Source of the DNA: Lama glama
Taxonomy: Eukaryota
DNA: 64,000 nucleotides
Assembly (NCBI GenBank): GCA_028534125.1
Contig: CM052818.1
Coordinates: 17,238,001 to 17,302,000 of the forward strand
Direction: 5' to 3'
Shown here piece after piece: positions 23,651-35,165 of the stretch. The notes below the pieces were generated by a model. That model was not told where the DNA came from, searched no databases, and saw only the letters and a program-made list of their open reading frames with translations. How positions within the stretch are numbered: position 1 is the stretch's first letter; each line of letters opens with the position of its first letter. Position numbers and translations under genes: made by a program.

Positions 23651-26575
23651 CACATATTTTATGTCTCAAGATAGTTCTCTGTAACTGCCTGGTGCGTTTC
23701 TTCTATTAGCTGGGCTGCCTCTCAGCTTTGGCTGTGTTACTTATTACATTTATGGTTCTGGTTTGCTGTGGTCAAACCAACAATCCTCTGAGAGTCAGCA
23801 CATCGCGAATCAAACCTTCATCTGCACTTAGATAGGTAATTGATTTAGATTGATTGGCAGTTGTGATATATCCTTCAGTACTTGTGTGTTTTGAATATAA
23901 AATCCAGACCAGAACAACAGACAGCCAACATTACAAACAAAATTGTCTCAGTCAGACTAAAATGGGGACTTCACTTGAGAAGCAGGTCAACATGAGGTTT
24001 CTTGCGTGAGTTTGCCAGTTCAAAGTCCAGACACTTGCTTCCATATATAGTAGAATATTTCTAATAATGCCAGTTCTAAAGCAGACCAGTTTTATTTTTG
24101 TTTATTTTTCATGGTTTGTCTTTCTCTGGAAAATACTCAGCTCAGTGGTATTACATTTCCTTATTAAATGGTTTATCTTTGTTCTAACTCTAGACTATAG
24201 TTACAATTCATGGGGACACAAACTGGTATTTTTAGAGAAAATTATGTCAGTTATGTTGCGCTTTGTGCAATTAGAGTCTCTAACATTCCAGAACCACACA
24301 TTTGAATTGTACAATTTTTTAAAAGTTGGATAACACTAAATAATGTATTGTCTTATACATTATACATTTTATTTTATAGCTGGCAAGTAAAGTGCAATGT
24401 TTTTCATTATCATTCACGTAAAGTCAAACATCCTAGCCCAAATCAGTTCCTTTGATAGTGTGGTCAGAGATAATTCATCATGTGAGAAATTTGTAACTTG
24501 TATGAAAGAAAGATGAAGAGCTCAACTTGGACACGTTCAGAGATAATATGTATATAGTGCTGCCAAAGAGTTTGATTACTTATTGTTTTTATCAATGGAC
24601 ACAGAATAATAAATTGGCCATACTACATCATTTGTAGTTTGCCAGAACTGCCTCTTTCATTAGAGGACAAAAAATTGGGAAAATAGGAGAAAGCTGCAGT
24701 CCTGATATCTTCATGATGAATTATGCATGTTGCATAGCTGACTGGTTTGTCACTCTTTAACTTTCAGTATTCACTTGTTTAGCTACAAATTCCACTGAAT
24801 TGCTCTGTTTAGGAGTCCAAATATGCTAGTGCACATGGGTGATGTCATCTTGGAAATAATCAACATAGTTCAGTGGTTTTGAAGATAAATTGAAACTTGC
24901 TAATTATATTCATTTTGTGGAAACTCAGATTAAAAAGAGACAGCCATATGCAAATTAGATACATGCAGCCCAGCTGATATTGTTTCATGTCTGTGCTTTC
25001 TAAATAATAGACAAGGTAACTATTCAGAGTGATTCTTTAGAATCTTCTGACAAGCATGATTTATGGTGTTCCTAAGATGTATTCTTTGCTTAATAGGCAA
25101 AAGAAAGGCTTTACTTTCTTACTAATCTAATATTGCATGAATTTGTATTATAATGTAGCTCCATTTAGAAAGTGAAGGGGGAGGGGGAAATGGATGTAAA
25201 TTATATCTTAACCAAAATGTGTAACAGGTTTGAAATTGAAAATTGCTATTTTAGCATGCAAAGTGGAAAACCACAATTAATTGCTTTTCTTACAACAGAC
25301 ACCATAATGAACTTTGTAGAACATATAACAACTTCACTTTAACAGCCCTTTGACATTATGAACACCCGGGTGGCAGGGGAGGGGGTAGGGAGGACAGACT
25401 TTTCTCCATTTGACATAAATCAGATTAATCTCTCTTTCCCCATCTAGCAACAAGGGATCAGTTGCAAGATATCTGACTGAAAGGTCAGAGGGATAGAACA
25501 ATGTGGGGGGGGGGGGAAACCTTGTCTTTTGACTAGGGTAACCAGACATATCTGTTTGCTTGGAGTAATCCAAATTTTTTCCTGCTGTACTGGTGCTAAT
25601 TATGAATTCTGCTATGTTTCAGCATCTTAAGAGTTCCTTTTTAGACGATAAGTTTAAATTATGATTACACTAATAGTGATTCACCATAGCAAAAGAGGGA
25701 CCAAGCTTAGATGGTTGAGTATTCTTACTAGTCCTTTACCTTGATTCAGTAGCGCACACACAAGGTGGTTACGGGTGACCAGAAAGTGGTGTGGGTTACA
25801 TAGGGTTTTCTTCATCACACAACGTTAAGCCACCTGATTCTTGGAGTACTCTTCAGTGAGATACCTCGGATGTTCAGCTCAACACTGAAAATAAATGAAG
25901 CCCGCATCTTGGGAACAGGTGGCTCATCCACATTTGTTTCTTCATTCGCCGAAGTCAGGGAGGTACAAACACTCCAGCGATAGCCCCCAAATCAACAATA
26001 AGTTAGTTTGCAACAGAAAACACTCGTGATTGTTGTTTGTCTTTGTTTTACTTTTCGTGGATACCTTCTGTACTTCTCTTTTCAGTGTTACTTTTCTTCA
26101 TCTGTTTCTGGTCCCCCCTCAAGCACTGTTAGTGTTGCAGGAGGTTGAGATTTCTCTGCGTTATGTTTGGTCTTTCTTATTTCTCCCTCAAGTGCTCTTT
26201 ATCTCTTGCTCTCTGGCTTCCTTTAATACAGGCGCCCGTTACACATGTTAGGCTGGCCTGATCACTTGTTCTGTTTCACTAATGTGTTCAGATTTATTTG
26301 GTGCAATTAGGCGCGGTAACTGGGATACAGAAGAGAGCTATTTCAGTGTTACTTGTACCGAATTATCTTGAGGCTTCCAACGTGCATTACCTTAACCATG
26401 AAATTTACAAAGCATTCTCATAAGAGCATTTATTAGGAGGAGGTACAAGTAGGTGCTTTCTGTAGTTTTTGTTGCCGAGCGTTATTTTACCTGTTTCATT
26501 TTATAAGGAATAAAATCTAAATGTTTCCCAGTTTGCTCGAACTATTGGATCCATGCAGTTGTTTCTGTTTTTAAA

Positions 26576-26630
26576 GTCTCCTTTCTTCCTTCCTTCCTTC
26601 CTTCCCTCCCTCCCTCCCTCTTTCTTCCCC
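26576..26630. repeat. (CCTT)n/(CCCT)n simple repeat
   Basis: Read directly. Confidence 0.9.
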
Positions 26631-27879
26631 TGAAAACACATTGAGAAGTAAAGAAAACTAGACAGAAGTGTAATGGAATACCCAGAGTAATAGCAGGATA
26701 CAGCAAGTCAGTAGCAGTTACTTGAGTAATAATAGCACTCATACTATTAGCATAAACCACGTATAATAATGGGCCAAGGTGCATCTCCTTCATATATACT
26801 ATTTGTTCAATCCTGGGGTTAACTACCTTGATAGTAGGATGATTTTACACCTCTGTTTCAAAACTGGTAGGAATTAGTTGATCAAGTGGGGACTTGATTT
26901 TCTCGGCTTGACTCAGAAGTCACTGGGTTCACTCATTTGATGAGAGCCTTGGGGAAAATCGTGGTCCCTTTGTATACTGCTTGTATATTTTGTCTTTACT
27001 TACAGACTTGACTTGGAAATTTTCAAAGGGGAATCAAAAGACTTCTGCAACAAAAATGATTAAAGTTATAAAAATTAAAATATCATTAAAATATAACAAG
27101 AAGCACAGAGATGAATCAAAAAGGTTTTTGACTGCCCCCTCTGTCCTCTACCCAATAGAACATTACACAGCATTCAGATATTTCCACGTCCAGTTCAGCG
27201 TTCTGTTTGTAGAATCTCTTTTGTTTCAAGTGTCCAAGCAGGTCAGGAGCACATAGCCCTCATTTACTGTTTTTCAAGGTCTTCTTTTTGGGGGTGGGGA
27301 GGCAGGCAGGTACAGAGGGAACAGCCCACACAACTGGCCATCTTCTTACTGGGAAGAATGGTCCTGGCCCCTGTTTGCAACGTTGCTGGAGGCAGAAATG
27401 AAATTCAGTCATCCTCTCTTTCCTTATTTAAGGTGGGTTCCATGGGCAGGTCCCTCTTGGCATTTTAGATATAACAGTAAAAAGCAAGCTGTTGCTTTTT
27501 TTCTTTTTTCTTTTTTTTTTTTTTGATTAAGATTGGGAAATGACCCAGCATAGGCATTACAGATCCAATTCATTACAAAAATGTCAAACGTAGCTTTCTG
27601 AGAAAGGTGCACACGTATCTTAATAGAAGGTTATAATGGTTATAAAATGTTATCATGAAAGATTACAATGTTTATTTCCACCTTTCTCCTAAGAGAGATG
27701 GAAAATGAAAATCATTAACTCTGTAGTGAAAGAAAGCAGGCGTAAGATCCGAAGAAGGATCTTTGGGGAGGCCCCCAGGACAAATAGTGGGGACTCTATT
27801 TAAACCTTCGCATTAGTGCTCCCCAGCCTTCTTCTTGCGACCTTTCCTTCCCAACCTCTCCCTCACCTGTCTGCCCTCT

Positions 27880-28190
27880 GCCTCCCTCTCTTAGGTTTCA
27901 TGTTCTCAGTGAGGCCCATTCTGATGACTCTGTTAAAATGCACAGTCATTTCCAGCACTTCCAAATCTCCCTCTCTCTTTATGGGTTTATTCTTCCCCGT
28001 AGAACAGAGGGCCATCCGTCTTACCGCATAGCTTATCTCTTCTGTTCATTGACCATCTCCCTCCCTTTGAATATATACGTGTTTAGGGCAGGCCTTGTTG
28101 CCCCTGTTACTTGTGCTGGTTTGCCCCGTGCTAGGACGCAGCCACCACGTAGTAGGTGCTGAACAGATTCTTGTTGAGTGAGTGAATGAA
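27880..28190 (+). mobile_element. L2 3' end
   Basis: TTCTCAGTGAGGCCCATTCTGATGACTCTGTTAAAATG...AGGGCAGGCCTTGTTG...CACGTAGTAGGTGCTGAACAGATTCTTGTTGAGTGAGTGAATGAA. Confidence 0.8.
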
Positions 28191-28546
28191 CCTCACTTGT
28201 GGTTGGCCTGCAGTTTTCTGATGTGCATTTGTCCCATTTGAATCCTTTCAATTTCCTATCCATTCTGCTTTTCTCTTATTCTCATCTCAGAAACCATTAT
28301 TTTAGGCAATATTTCTGAATTACTTCTCAGTTTCTCAGTTTTTTCCAATAGCCCTGATCTGTAAAAGAAATAAAAGGAGGCAAGGACATACACAGAGAGA
28401 TACAGAGGTAAAGATATTTAGATACCTTCAATCTTCAAGAAAAAAACAATTATATGTTCATTACAGCTCTCCATGCATTGTTTGCATGTCATTTTGAATA
28501 TTGATGTGTTCTTATGCTCAGTTTAATGCACACCCGTGCACATGCT

Positions 28547-28580
28547 CACACACACACACACACGCACGCACGCACGCACA
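28547..28580. repeat. (CA)n(CGCA)n microsatellite
   Basis: Read directly. Confidence 0.9.
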
Positions 28581-29979
28581 ATCTCACGTTGCCCCAAATA
28601 TCTGAGCTCAGGGAAATTAGAAACCGTTTTGGTATTAAGCGACCTGATTATATACTACCTAAGGAATGTAGTTTGAAACATGTCCGTAGTCTTCACATTG
28701 AATAGATTGGGTTATTTCTAATCAGTAGCATTCAGAGTTTTATTTTTCATACTCTTGAATAACTACTAACAATTGCTCATAAAACTAGGAATAAAGAATT
28801 TGAAAGTCATTCACCATGATGAAACTAATAAACTGCTACAAATTCTGTCTAGCTTTCTTTATTTTTTAGGTAATTAGGCATGTCGCACTGTGAGGGACTC
28901 TGCCATAAGAGCCTCTTGAATTAATGCAAAATGTACCATCTAACTATAAGTGATGAAACATTGGTCCCAGAGTCCATATTTATGACTATTTATGATGCTG
29001 TGTAGCTAACTACAGTTAGAAAGGCTTTCGTGTTTTTATACACTAGCTTATTTCATGTTAGAATTTCTAAAACCTTGTCATTAAAACCGATGAAAATAGC
29101 AGATGACGCATCCCTGTGTCTGACATCCCACATGCCTCTAGTAAGGCTACAGCCTAACATGCTCCGGGTCTGCAGAATCAATTCACATCATTTTCCACGC
29201 TTCACCAGAACATCCCCAGAACCTCTGCAGCACGCGCTACGCATGTTGGGACAAATGATATCTTCATCTCAGCTTCTGATAGTCACATTATGAAACAGCT
29301 TGTTTCAACCAATCCATAATGTGCTCCGTCAAACAAGTGAGGTGAAAATATACTGATTAAATTCTGTGTAAGCCATGAAAAAACGTGCCTTATACTGTAA
29401 CCTCAGGATTCTGGTTGCTGAAGTTCAAAGAGCAAAGAAATGAGTTCCGTGAATGGGAAAATGGATTAATCTGTGGAGTTAAAAACAACTATAACTATAA
29501 TTTAGTTAATGTGAACTTTCTTGTTATTCTGACTTTATACGAAGACCTCCAGTTCATAAATAATTGTCTCCTTTTTCATTTTTTAAGACATAAGAAAATC
29601 CATTGCACACCCTGCTTCTAGGAAGTTGTTGCTTTCTGTCATCCCATGGTTTGTGTCATTGTCTTTTACTCCTTCCTTGAGAACTGTATTTGATGCATCT
29701 GCTCCACTTTTAATTATGAAGTGCAAGGGAGTGGTGGGAAAGGTTAATGATGTCAGTGGAATTTAATAATTATTTTATTGTAAATCATCTCTGGTATATA
29801 TAAGAGTCATTTCCACATTTAATAAGTTTCACCCGAACTTTGCTGAAGTCCAACATTGGCTGTCTTCACAATTTTTACAGTTTATTGATATACTTGATTA
29901 TTGCATTCACATTATATATGAATTTTATAAATTATACATGCATTTTTAAAGTAATATTTACAGAAATTCAAAACACAAT

Positions 29980-30760
29980 TATTCATTCATTTATTCATTT
30001 TACTGAGTACATACTATGCTGGCCTTTGCAGGAGAAGAATGAGTGTGTGAATAGTTCCTATCTCTGGACATTTACTTGGGAACATATCACATATAACAAG
30101 AGTTTATATATATGTATGTATATATATATGTATATACACACACACACACACACATATCACATTTGTGCACTTGACATCCTGCATACTTCTGAGAGGCAAA
30201 TAGGTATAAAAGTAGTTCATGACAGATGGTAGGTAGGGCATGTGTCTCATACATATTTTGTAAGATAAAAACAATAAGAATTCAGAAAAGGGGAGGACCA
30301 CAGGCCAGAGAGCAGGGAAAGCTTTGGGGAGGAAGTGAATTTCAGCCAGATCTTGAAGTTCTATTAGCTGTTATCAGGAAAGAGATTGATCTGGAGAGAT
30401 AACCTAGCTTTTCCTTTGTTCAATCCTCAGTGTCTAGCAGAGGCCTTAAAAATTGCTTGTTTAATCAGAGAATAGAATTGTGGAGCTTCTGCACCCTGAA
30501 TTCCTGGAGATGGGGTGAGGGGCAGAGAGAAGGGAGGTGTCAGGTCAGGCCCTGAAGGGAAGGACATAAAAAAGAGAGATCAGTGTGGCGAGAGTAAAGG
30601 TTTCATGTAGGGGATGTCACGATGAGGCTGAACAGGTGTTTGAAGTCATAGAGTGGAGAGAGACTTGGAGACTCTGGACTCTGTCTTGTTCCTAGTGAAG
30701 GCGCTATGAATATTTTTTAACTGAAGAGTAACATGATAAAACTTTGAAAGAAGATCTGTC
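29980..30760 (-). mobile_element. L2 fragments with an embedded (TA)n(CA)n microsatellite at about 30105-30157
   Basis: ATTCATTCATTTATTCATTTTACTGAGTACATACTATGC (reverse L2 3' end)...AAAGCTTTGGGGAGGAAGTGAATTTCAGCCAGATCTTGAAG. Confidence 0.6.
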
Positions 30761-31538
30761 CATTTATAAATAATTGCCTAATCATGTCTATCAGATAACA
30801 TATAATTTCATCTCCTAGCAAATGTAATTATTTGCATGTGTTGACAAAGCACCCTACATTCTCTTGTGTGAGACTATTGGAGTGAACTTAAAATTGTGTC
30901 ATATAGGAAGCTAAAATCTAGAAAAACAAATAAATTGGTGGCAACAGAATTAAATCAAAAAGGGGTTTTCTTATTCCAAGTCCAGTGTTCTTTAAAACTG
31001 TGCAATTATTCATTATTTGGAAGGTTTAAACTGGTCCAGCTGATGCTGTCCCACTGAAAGACAAGGATGCTTTATTCTTGTTGTTTTGGGAATGCAAAGT
31101 TAGTTCTAACCAAGAGATGCAAATGGCCACTTCCTCCTCCCCTATGGCGCTGCCTAAGAACACAGTTAGAAAAGCAGGTTTTGATTGTAGTAAAGACTTT
31201 GTTCCAAGACTATTAGAAGCCAAACAAAAACATAGAGGTTTTTTGGTTATAATTGACTTAAGAAGTCATATGAGTAACGGAGGATGAACAGGTTTGGTCA
31301 AAAAAATCTAGAAGGCCTTGAAACCCCACGGATGAGGAGAATGGTATTTGGTGAGTTGCTTCTGGAGGAGCTAGTAAGTCTTTTCCATCTGTGAGATCAA
31401 AAGACAGATTTTTACAGCATTTGGCAGGGAATATTAAGCATTTGGGGACCACATGGAGATGATATAGGAGAAAAATCGAGGGGAAAGCTGCTTTTTGGGC
31501 TTTGGCATGCACCAGAATCAAGCACGTCCATAAACACT

Positions 31539-31883
31539 GCCCCCCGCCTCAACAAAGATAAACCAGAATGCCACCCCAGAAACAGCCACATGTCAAAATT
31601 GTCTTTCCTGCTCTCAATTTTTGTCTCTGCAGTTTCAATTTAGTCTCCTCATTCGATGCATTTTGTCCTGAAAAGGTACAATAAGATTAAGAATATATAT
31701 ATATATATATATAAACATATACAAAGATAGAGAAATAGAGAGAGAGGTGGAGGAGGTGAAACACTTGACCTGAAGTGGCATAAACCATTCCTACCCATTA
31801 GTTCTAGCTGTCGGGAAGGGAGGGGGCAGAAGGAAGTGCAATATGAACTGTAAATTATTTTCCAGTGCCCAGGCACACACACA
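31539..31883. repeat. Copy 1 of a gap-flanking duplicated segment (345 bp)
   Basis: Appears identical to 32384-32720 apart from (TA)10 vs (TA)6. Confidence 0.95.
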
Positions 31884-32383
31884 NNNNNNNNNNNNNNNNN
31901 NNNNNNNNNNNNNNNNNNNNNNNNNNNNNNNNNNNNNNNNNNNNNNNNNNNNNNNNNNNNNNNNNNNNNNNNNNNNNNNNNNNNNNNNNNNNNNNNNNNN
32001 NNNNNNNNNNNNNNNNNNNNNNNNNNNNNNNNNNNNNNNNNNNNNNNNNNNNNNNNNNNNNNNNNNNNNNNNNNNNNNNNNNNNNNNNNNNNNNNNNNNN
32101 NNNNNNNNNNNNNNNNNNNNNNNNNNNNNNNNNNNNNNNNNNNNNNNNNNNNNNNNNNNNNNNNNNNNNNNNNNNNNNNNNNNNNNNNNNNNNNNNNNNN
32201 NNNNNNNNNNNNNNNNNNNNNNNNNNNNNNNNNNNNNNNNNNNNNNNNNNNNNNNNNNNNNNNNNNNNNNNNNNNNNNNNNNNNNNNNNNNNNNNNNNNN
32301 NNNNNNNNNNNNNNNNNNNNNNNNNNNNNNNNNNNNNNNNNNNNNNNNNNNNNNNNNNNNNNNNNNNNNNNNNNNNNNNNNNN
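31884..32383. other. Assembly gap (500 N)
   Basis: Run of N. Confidence 1.
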
Positions 32384-32720
32384 GCCCCCCGCCTCAACAA
32401 AGATAAACCAGAATGCCACCCCAGAAACAGCCACATGTCAAAATTGTCTTTCCTGCTCTCAATTTTTGTCTCTGCAGTTTCAATTTAGTCTCCTCATTCG
32501 ATGCATTTTGTCCTGAAAAGGTACAATAAGATTAAGAATATATATATATAAACATATACAAAGATAGAGAAATAGAGAGAGAGGTGGAGGAGGTGAAACA
32601 CTTGACCTGAAGTGGCATAAACCATTCCTACCCATTAGTTCTAGCTGTCGGGAAGGGAGGGGGCAGAAGGAAGTGCAATATGAACTGTAAATTATTTTCC
32701 AGTGCCCAGGCACACACACA
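32384..32720. repeat. Copy 2 of the gap-flanking duplicated segment (337 bp)
   Basis: Starts GCCCCCCGCCTCAACAAAGATAAACC, exactly as at 31539. Confidence 0.95.
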
Positions 32721-32728
32721 TGTGCGTG

Positions 32729-32764
<36 letters not shown>
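32711..32764. repeat. Alternating purine-pyrimidine compound microsatellite (CA)/(TG)/(CG)/(CA)n
   Basis: CACACACACATGTGCGTGCGCGCGCACACA..., read directly. Confidence 0.9.
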
Positions 32765-32768
<4 letters not shown>

Positions 32769-32894
32769 CTCTGTTAGTCCAAAGTGGGGGCCTTGGATTT
32801 CAGAGTCTATTAAAGGATATATTTTTCAGTGTTAATGCATGCACTCTAGTCTCAGTCATTCAGCAGACACTTAAAGAGCACCAGCTAAGCCAGA

Positions 32895-33112
32895 GGCAGT
32901 GGTGCGGAGTAATTAGAGTCGGCTCAGAGCCAGGCTGCCCCGCAGGGCCCTGGCTATCTCCTGGGGGCCACGCGACCTTGGGCAAACACTCGCATCCGTA
33001 CCTGCATTTCCATCATCGGTAAAAATGAAGATGGAAACAGTGCCTAGAGTTGTGGTGAGGACTAAATGAGATGACACACTTTATGCACATGGTAGACACT
33101 CAATAAATATTC
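32895..33112 (+). mobile_element. MIR SINE
   Basis: GACCTTGGGCAAACACTC...CCTGCATTTCCATCATCGGTAAAAATGAAGATG...AGAGTTGTGGTGAGGACTAAATGAGATGA...CACTCAATAAATATT. Confidence 0.8.
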
Positions 33113-34949
33113 CTTATTTGCGTGATCTTTTGCCAGGCGCAACCTCAGCCAGGCTCTCATTCACTGCTTGGAAATTCTTGTAACAATCTATTGTGGATGC
33201 TGATTTGCATTCCCCCAATTTGTGGCTCTTCAGAACTCTTTCATCCAATTTATACTGCTATTCTGGCCAGACTATATCATTCTCGACGGTGAGATCTTGG
33301 TGGGCTGGGATTATAGCTTATTTATTCTTATAGTTCCCAGATGGACACCCCTAGATAGTGCCCACGGAAAGCACTGTCGAATGAATATGTGAAGGACAGC
33401 AAGTATTTACTGAGTCCGCTGTATTTAGCATCTAATCTAATTGGATGGGAAAGACAAACATAAAAAGAAAATGCAAGTGAGACTCTGGTGAAGCACAAGC
33501 CTTGTACAGAAATACAGGTGATGGTGTTTAAGAGAGGAATGATGTCAGTGAGGCTGAAAACAGTGAGTTGAGACAGAATTTTATTTGTGTCTTGACGGTC
33601 GGGTGCTTTACATATGCGGAGGGGATAATGGTGTCATTTCCTGTGAGAAGTCATTATACATTTCTGAGCAGAAAAGTGGCAGGTTGATGACAGAAATGTT
33701 CAGAGGAGACTAGTTTATAAAACCTTTAAAAAATATCTTGGGGCAAAGAAAGAAAATGTTGCACATGTTTTTAAAGGTAAATCTTTTAACTTTATAGAGA
33801 TGGGGAAAATGAGAGAAGCAATCTAGGCTTTCCCATCATGGTTGGGCTTAGAAGATCGAGGCCATATGAATTTAACAATTAAAAAAGAAGAAATGTACTC
33901 ATTTTTAAAACATGTGTAGTGAATAACATGCACAGGCTGGTAGTGTCTGTAGGAAGTGACATCCCTTTTCATTCCTGGTGACCCCAGAAGCAATGGACAT
34001 AAGATATAAGCTGTAAGCCCTGGGGTCAGTGTTTTAATTTCTCAAGACTGAGTTGCGGTCCCCTTGTTTCCCAGCGTGATCGGCCAAATGCACAAGTGGA
34101 ACTTCATAAATTCTTTATGAAAAAAGAATACCCTCTGATTTAAAATTGTGTTTGAGATTTGGATCTATAGCCTGTTTGAGATACCAGCCCCCTAATAGAT
34201 CATTTCTTTTGACTAATGTTTTCAGAGGTCCATGGAACAGAATTAGTCATCAGAAAAGAACCAGAGGAAAGATACTGTGCAATTGCTCTCTTGCTATTAA
34301 ATGGAAATCTGAACCGAAAGTTGTTAACCATGTATGTGGGCATACTTAATACCTGGTATGTCAGTAGTTTATCAAGAATATGCTTTCCTTTCTTGCCTTT
34401 TCACTCAGATCCTACTGACGTCTGGCTAGACATGGCCATGAGGGGCCCTCTTGACTGCTGAGTCAAACAATAAAATTTTTAATGTTTCTCATTAAAAAGT
34501 GGAGGTCATTAAAGTAGGGTGGGGTTTGGGTACTATCAACAAAATGCCCAAGAGATTAGAGACAACATTTTAGAAAAGACAATCAAAACCATTTTAATTT
34601 AACATTTCTTTTGAGTTTTCACAAAAGATCCATACAGGGTTTTTAAAAGTATGTCTTTTTTCCCTAAAGGGTTAACTCTTTCTTCTTTGTCCCTTCTTTT
34701 ATTTAGTAAATCAAATTTATGAATGTGTCTTCTCTTCAAACTTCCATCCGGTTTTATGGTGGTTTTTCCATCATCTCTTCTCCTAGGAGATGTGAAACCA
34801 TTATTTAAAGACTTAACTGCCAGAGGTATCGAGAGTTTATAGAAAGCAGAAAACATTGGAAAAGCATGACGTGAAATCAAAATTAGGGATTGAAAAGGTA
34901 TCAGAGGAGGAGAACTAACATGAAAAATAATAAGCTGTGAAGCGAGGCT

Positions 34950-35165
34950 GCTTGAACTCAAGTCCTGATTCTGCAGCATACCAGCTGCGTGGTCTGGAGC
35001 AAGTGCCTCCCCGATCTTTGCCTCGAGTTTCCTCCTTTGTGAAACAGTGATAATGGCATTACCTGCCAGGGAGGGTTTCTGTGAGGATTAAATGAATAAA
35101 TACATGTAGAGCAGCTTGAACAGTGGCCGACAAATGGGAAGGATTTAAAGTTAGCTATCATTATT
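34950..35165 (+). mobile_element. MIR SINE
   Basis: GCCTCGAGTTTCCTCCTTTGTGAAACAGTGATAATGGCATTACCTGCCAGGGAGGGTTTCTGTGAGGATTAAATGA. Confidence 0.8.

Noticed and set aside
31649..32488. Long ORFs (187-261 aa) in the ORF track
   Set aside because: They consist mostly of X codons from the 500-N gap.
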